Shown: positions 57,965 through 64,000 of the stretch, piece after piece
Layout: each line of letters begins with the position of its first letter
Numbering within the stretch: the first letter of the stretch is position 1
Assembly: GCA_951406725.2 (NCBI GenBank)
Contig: OX597824.1
Span: 29,822,001-29,886,000 of the forward strand
Length of the DNA: 64,000 nt
DNA from: Octopus vulgaris
Lineage: Eukaryota
Direction: 5' to 3'
Notes under the pieces: generated by a model
What the model was told of the DNA's origin: nothing
Database searches by the model: none
What the model saw: only the letters and a program-made list of their open reading frames with translations
Made by a program: the position numbers and the translations under genes

Positions 57965-59351
57965 ATGCATGTATGTATGTATTTATATGTATTATACATA
58001 ATGTATATATATTTATATTTATGTATGTGTGTGTGTATTTGTGTGTGTGCGTGTAATATAATATAACCGTTAAGATTTAAACCTAATCTTATATGAGACA
58101 TTTTCGGTCACTAATTTAGGACAGACAAATATCGGACCCCTACTAGGGTAGGCTGAAGGCAATTTATTATATTGTAAACAAAATAAAATGACTTTAAAGC
58201 GAATCTATAGCGCCTTTGTGTACAATAGATGTAGCTATAATTGACAGGATAACATTGCTGTGAAGGTAATGCCAAGCCACACAGAGAGTGCTTGAGACAA
58301 CATGGCCGTAGTTTTAACACAGTCTATCTGTACCCAGCGGAGACATTAACGGGTATATAGAGCTTTAAATGACAGCATTTGTTTGTTAGTTAGCTTGTCC
58401 GTTGGTTTGCTGTTTAGGATTTGATTTTATTTGTTTAGTTGTTTATTTATGTTTTGAGTTTTTATGTTTTATTTATTTTTATTTTTTTTTTTTGGCAACA
58501 ATAATATCAACAACAATATTGTGAATTAAGGTAAAAGTTGATTGACATTAGAGTGAGAGGTGCACATGTTGCTATGTAAAAAATAAAATAATATATAACT
58601 AAAGGTAAAATACCCACCCTCGTAAATGGAATAAAATAAAACAAAATAAGACAATACTTTTATACAGAAAAAAAAAAGAAAAGATTTAGAAAAATTCAAC
58701 ACGAACACAGATCTTTCACACAAAAAAAAAAAAAAACTATCTGTGAATATAAAGTGTTGTAACTTGTTAAGTGTCAAAGTTTGAGACTGTGAGAGTGTCC
58801 GAAATAAATACAAGGCAATTGAAGACGTAAAATTATACACGACGGCTTAACTGTCGTGATGAACCAGGGACTAATCGAGTGGATGGGACTAAACAATGGA
58901 TAACGAAATCAACACTAACAGTGATTCACAACCACTCCAGAAACAATAAAGAAGGAAAGTGAAGGAATTAAGAACTAGCGTCGAACATGATCCAAAGCTA
59001 CCTACCTACCCACCAGCTGCCATACAAATCTGTTTCAGAGAAATCTCCACTCAATAACCAACCACGTGATCATTACAAATGACTAATTTGTAAAATCAGT
59101 TTGAAGGGGGAAAACAAGAACATTTCGAAAGAAGAGTTCGCTTTTAGTATTGTGGTGGGAATAGATTGAAGGTGGGTAGTTCTGGTTTCTTGTTTAATGT
59201 ATGTCTGCATATGTGTGTGTGTAGATAGATATACATATATACATAAATACATAAAAACATATATATTTATATTTATATATATATATATATATATATATGT
59301 GCATACATACATATATATTCCTACATACATGTGTGTATATATATATATAAA

Positions 59352-59409
<58 letters not shown>

Positions 59410-60014
59410 TATATATATGCATACATACATATGTATATATATATACACGCATAGATAGGTGTGTGTATAAACATATACAACTATACAAATGCATATATAC
59501 ACATATGCATTACATATTATATAATACATATACATACATACATGCATATAAACATACATACGTATACACACACACTCACACAAACACATAAATGTATTCT
59601 TAGAAATAAAATTTTATTGTCTCTAAATTGTGTTTGGAGGGGTAGAAATCTTTCTTGCGGGGTTTTTTTTTCAAAACACTTTTATATTTCAATTTTCAAT
59701 GAAATTTTATTTATTAGTTATTTATATTTGTATTTATATACACACTATTATATCTTGACAGGCTTTCTAATTTGAATTGCTTTCTTTTATTTCCTATTCT
59801 TCTACATTTTCTTCTTTTTTGTGGGGTGGGGGCGTCTTTTAGGTAATATGTCAACGTTTAGTAAGGAATCACCAGCAACAAAATGCTGTCTGTTTCGCTC
59901 CCATCAAATGCACTGTCACATTGTGACGGTTAGTCCTTGTCAGTAAGGTCACATACAGATGGAAAAAACTATTTGAATAGCCCAAAACGATCTCTGTTCA
60001 CACCTACTCAAGCC

Positions 60015-60054
<40 letters not shown>

Positions 60055-60280
60055 TACACAAGCACCTACAGACGAACACAAACATATATACACCTGAATA
60101 TCTGTTTTGTATGTGCGTGCCTGCATGCGCGTGTGTATGTGTATGGTAGATGGAAACCAAAAGAAGCCCATCGTATATATATATATATATATATAAACAT
60201 ACATACCAATGCGGTGTTAAGCACTCATTCTTACTCTCCGTTATTAGCGTGTGTGCATAAGTGTGTGTGTATATATATAT

Positions 60281-60606
60281 GTGAGGGCGCGTGGCTTAGT
60301 GGTTAGGGCATTCGGCTCATGATCGTAAGGTTGTGAGTTCGATTCCCGGCGACGCGTTGTGTCCTTGAGCAAGACACTTTATTTCACGTTGCTCCAGTCC
60401 ACTCAGCTGGCAAAAATGAGTTGTACTTGTATTTCAAAGGGTCAGCCTTGTCACTCTCTGTGTCACGCTGATTATCCCCGAGAACTACGTTAAGGGTAGA
60501 CGTGTCTGTGGAATGCTCAGCCATTTGCACGTTAATTTCACGAGCAAGCTGTTCCGTTGATCGTATCAGCTGGGACCCTCGTCGTCGTAACCGGCGGAGT
60601 CTTTTA
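60281..60606 (+). mobile_element. SINE family D, full length
   Basis: Differs from 3979-4307 at only two positions that I can see. Confidence 0.94.
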
Positions 60607-60680
<74 letters not shown>

Positions 60681-60719
60681 ATATATGTAGATGTAGATAT
60701 ATGCATATGTATATACCTA

Positions 60720-60886
60720 TGTATACAAACCTGGTAATTATTCTTGTGGCAATTGGCACTCTTTGTAAAACAGCCAAACTACTGCCATGGAGGCTGAAGA
60801 TCATTGGGATTGAGACTCACATCGTCGATCTGCAGGAAAGTGGAATATTGTATTCTGTAAGAATTTTAAGAAAGATTCTTAACAAT
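60720..60886 (+). pseudogene. R4/Dong-like LINE C-terminal fragment; probable 3' UTR resumes at 61313-61370
   Basis: VIILVAIGTL..WRLKIIGIETHIVDLQESGILYSVRILRKIL parallels the C-terminus at 62110-62271. Confidence 0.65.
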
Positions 60887-61057
60887 AGGCGCAGGAGTGG
60901 CTGTGTGGTAAGTAGCTTGCTAACCAACCACATGGTTCTGGGTTCAGTCCCACTGCATGGCATCTTGGACAAGTGTCTTCTGCTATAGCCCCGGGCCGAC
61001 CAATGCCTTGTGAGTGGATTTGGAAACGGAAACTGAAAGAAGCCTGTCGTATATATG

Positions 61058-61092
<35 letters not shown>

Positions 61093-61312
61093 TTGTGTGT
61101 TTGTCCCCCTAGCATTGCCTGACAACCGATACTGGTGTGTTTACGTCCCCGTTACTTAGCGGTTCGGCAAAAGAGACCGATAGAATAAGTACTGGGCTTA
61201 CAAAGAATAAGTCCCGGGGTCGATTTGCTCGACTAAAGACGGTGCTCCAGCATGGCCGCAGTCAAATGACTGAAACAAGTAAAAGAGTAATAGAGTAAAG
61301 AGTAAAGAGTAA
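60887..61312 (+). mobile_element. SINE family A, young full-length copy
   Basis: Complete, with (AAGAGTA)n tail. Confidence 0.94.
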
Positions 61313-61769
61313 TTGAAGAGACTTGTTGCCGTCAAACCTCAAAATAACATTCCTATTAACTTACATTGCATGTAATAGTTTGATGATGATGATGATAATA
61401 ATAATAACAAGAAAGATGATAATAGTAATAATAATAATAACAGTAATAATAATGATAATAATGATAATAATTATAATGATAATAAGATAATAATAACAGT
61501 AATAATAATAACAACAGTAATAATAACGATGATAATAATAAAGCAATATACTATCAATTCAATAATACAACCTAGACAATCTACAAACACAGGACACACT
61601 CTATATAGCAAATATCCAATGAAATAAACTATCACCAGCAGGCTGGGTATCCAACGCATTATACACACAACACACAATACAAACACTAATACAACAAAAT
61701 ATGGCAAAAGAGAGAAGTGAAGAAAATGGATACCAAGACCACGGAGAATGGATAGCAAGTAAACGGAGC

Positions 61770-62357
61770 CTTCCACACTAAGAGTGACACCGATAGGCTG
61801 TACTGGTCCAGAAGAAAGGGTAGGAGAGGTTTAATCAGTTGCCAGGACTGAAAGCAGAGGAAAACAGCCTAGGGTGGTATATGAAAAATGCCGTGGAGCC
61901 ACTGTTGAAACACATGAAGAAGGTCGGCCGGCGTCATCAAAACTGAAAATTGTGTAACTAAAGAAAAATTTAAACAAGAAATGAACGAAAAGAAAGAAAA
62001 AGCATGGAAGGAAAAGAAAATGTACGGTCAGTTTGTAAGAGATATGTACGCCAAGACTGGTACAGAGGAGAATTTGAAGTGGGAAATACGAAGGTTGTGG
62101 TCAGTGAGGAGAGTAGACGTGATACCAATAGTAATTGGTGTGCTGGGAGGAATCAGCACTCAACTACCAACATGGCTGAAAAAGCTTGGTGCAAGTATGA
62201 AGGTAGAAAACCTACGAAAATCAGCATTGCATGGAACTGCAAGAATACTTCGCAGGGTTCTTGAAGCATGACCAGTAAAATAAGTGTCACTTTAGTCTGC
62301 TGGCTGTGGACAGCTGACATTTTCCATCGTAGCCGGCAAAAGAAGCTGTAAGGTTTC

Positions 62358-62360
<3 letters not shown>
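61770..62360 (+). pseudogene. R4/Dong-clade non-LTR retrotransposon 3' end, internally deleted
   Basis: LHTKSDTDRLYWSRRKGRRGLISCQD..WKEKKMYGQF..VIPIVIGVLG..KSALHGTARILRRVL*; short UTR then (TAA)n. Confidence 0.85.
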
Positions 62361-62422
<62 letters not shown>

Positions 62423-62487
62423 GCAACAACAACAATAATAATATAACAATAACAATGATAATAATAATAATAATAATAGTAATAATA

Positions 62488-62826
62488 AGGCGCATGGCTC
62501 AGTGGTTAGAGCGTCGAGCTTACGATCGTCGGGTTGTGAGCTCGAATCCCAGACCGGGCTGCGTGTTGTGTTCTTGAGCAAGGCACTTTATTTCACGTTG
62601 CTCCAGTTCACTCAACTGTAGAAATGAGTTGCGACATCACTGGTGCCAAGCTGTATCGACCTTTGTCTTTCCCTTGGATAACATCAGTGGTGTGGAGAGG
62701 GGAGGCTGGTATGCATGGGCGACTGCTGGTCTTCCATAAACTACCTTGCCCGGACTTGTGCCTGGGAGGGTAACTTTCTAGGTGCAATCCCATGGTCATT
62801 CATGACCGAAGGAGGTCTTTACCCTT
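62488..62826 (+). mobile_element. SINE family F (tRNA head, CORE-like domain, another tail)
   Basis: A box TGGCTCAGTGG, core as in D/E, tail GCGACATCACTGGTGCCAAGCTGTATCG; tail fragment also at 55243-55352. Confidence 0.88.
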
Positions 62827-63282
62827 AGTAATAATAATAATAATAGCAACAACAACAATAATAATAACAATAATAATAATAGTAGTAGTAGTAGGAGGAG
62901 GAGGAGGAGGGGGGTAGTGAGAGTGGTGGTGAAGATAGCTGGTGCAAAAAGCTAAAACAATTAATGAAATATCTTTGATATGTAACAGAAAATACAATTG
63001 CAGTTGTTAACAGGTTCATTGGCTTGGCTGTTTTAGAAACCGCCCAAACCACACCATTACCGCCATTTTTTAAGTCTTCTTTTAAGTTGGAGCTAAATGT
63101 ATAATGGAAGCGACAAAAACAAAAAGAAGAAGAAAAAACTATTCCGGGTTCTGGCACCTGCTCAGGTAGCTAAAGAAGAAATATAAAGAAGGCATTAAAA
63201 AAAACACACACACAAATGAAAGAATAGAAAGGGAAAAAAATAATCATGTCAACCTAAACGACATACCTTATACATATTCACA

Positions 63283-63331
<49 letters not shown>

Positions 63332-63439
63332 ATGTATGTCTATATGTATGTGTGTGTGTACACACATATATATCTATATATACATGTGTATATATACATA
63401 TACATATATATATACATATATATATACACACATATACAC

Positions 63440-63512
<73 letters not shown>

Positions 63513-64000
63513 CATAGATATAACGCATATGTATATGCATGTATATATATAGATAGATACATGGGCGCGTACACACACACACGTACGCACACGCACACGC
63601 ACACACACACATACACACACATACATATACATGCAATTTAGTGAAGATCTCATCTGGTATGTTGACCAACAAATGCTGCGAGATACGTTTTCGTCTTTTG
63701 TCTCAGACGTTTCTGTTTTCTTTCACGTCTAATTCACCTCCAATTAGTCTTTCATTCTCTGACACTAACGCGGCTATAAATTGCCGTTTGTCTGCCGTAA
63801 TCTGCTGTAATCTATCGTAATCAATATGCCACCACTTACTGGGCCTGTTTCAGAAGTGACTTATTAACTTACACCACCTATGATCTTCGACACCGTCACC
63901 ACCGTCATCATCATCATCATCATCATTATTATTGCTACAGTTGTTGTCGTCGTCGTCGTTGTTTTTGGTCTTGGTGGTGGTGGTGGTGGTGGTGGTATGG

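Overview
AT-rich eukaryotic DNA saturated with microsatellites ((TA)n, (CA)n, (TATG)n, (GATA)n, (TAA)n and mixed triplets) and transposon relics. I found no host protein-coding gene; nearly all long ORFs are translated simple repeats. The tRNA-derived SINE set and repeat style suggest a coleoid cephalopod, probably Octopus (inference, not verified). Recognisable content: (i) many tRNA-headed SINE copies, which I group under working labels A-F, some with target-site duplications (TSDs); (ii) decayed LINE pieces (CR1-like, RTE, two R4/Dong-like 3' ends); (iii) a pseudogenised mariner transposase, hAT and Tigger-like MITEs, one intact non-autonomous Helitron and a Helitron helicase relic; (iv) Penelope-like element (PLE) debris in (TA)n tracts: a GIY-YIG endonuclease pseudogene, fold-back-plus-tail insertions and about ten complete or partial minimal hammerhead-ribozyme (HHR) motifs. 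Most worth following up are the TA-associated HHR/fold-back elements, the fixed-junction multimers of SINE B inside a single TSD, and a (GATA)n-embedded element sharing SINE B's tail. Coordinates were read by eye; boundaries of decayed elements are approximate.
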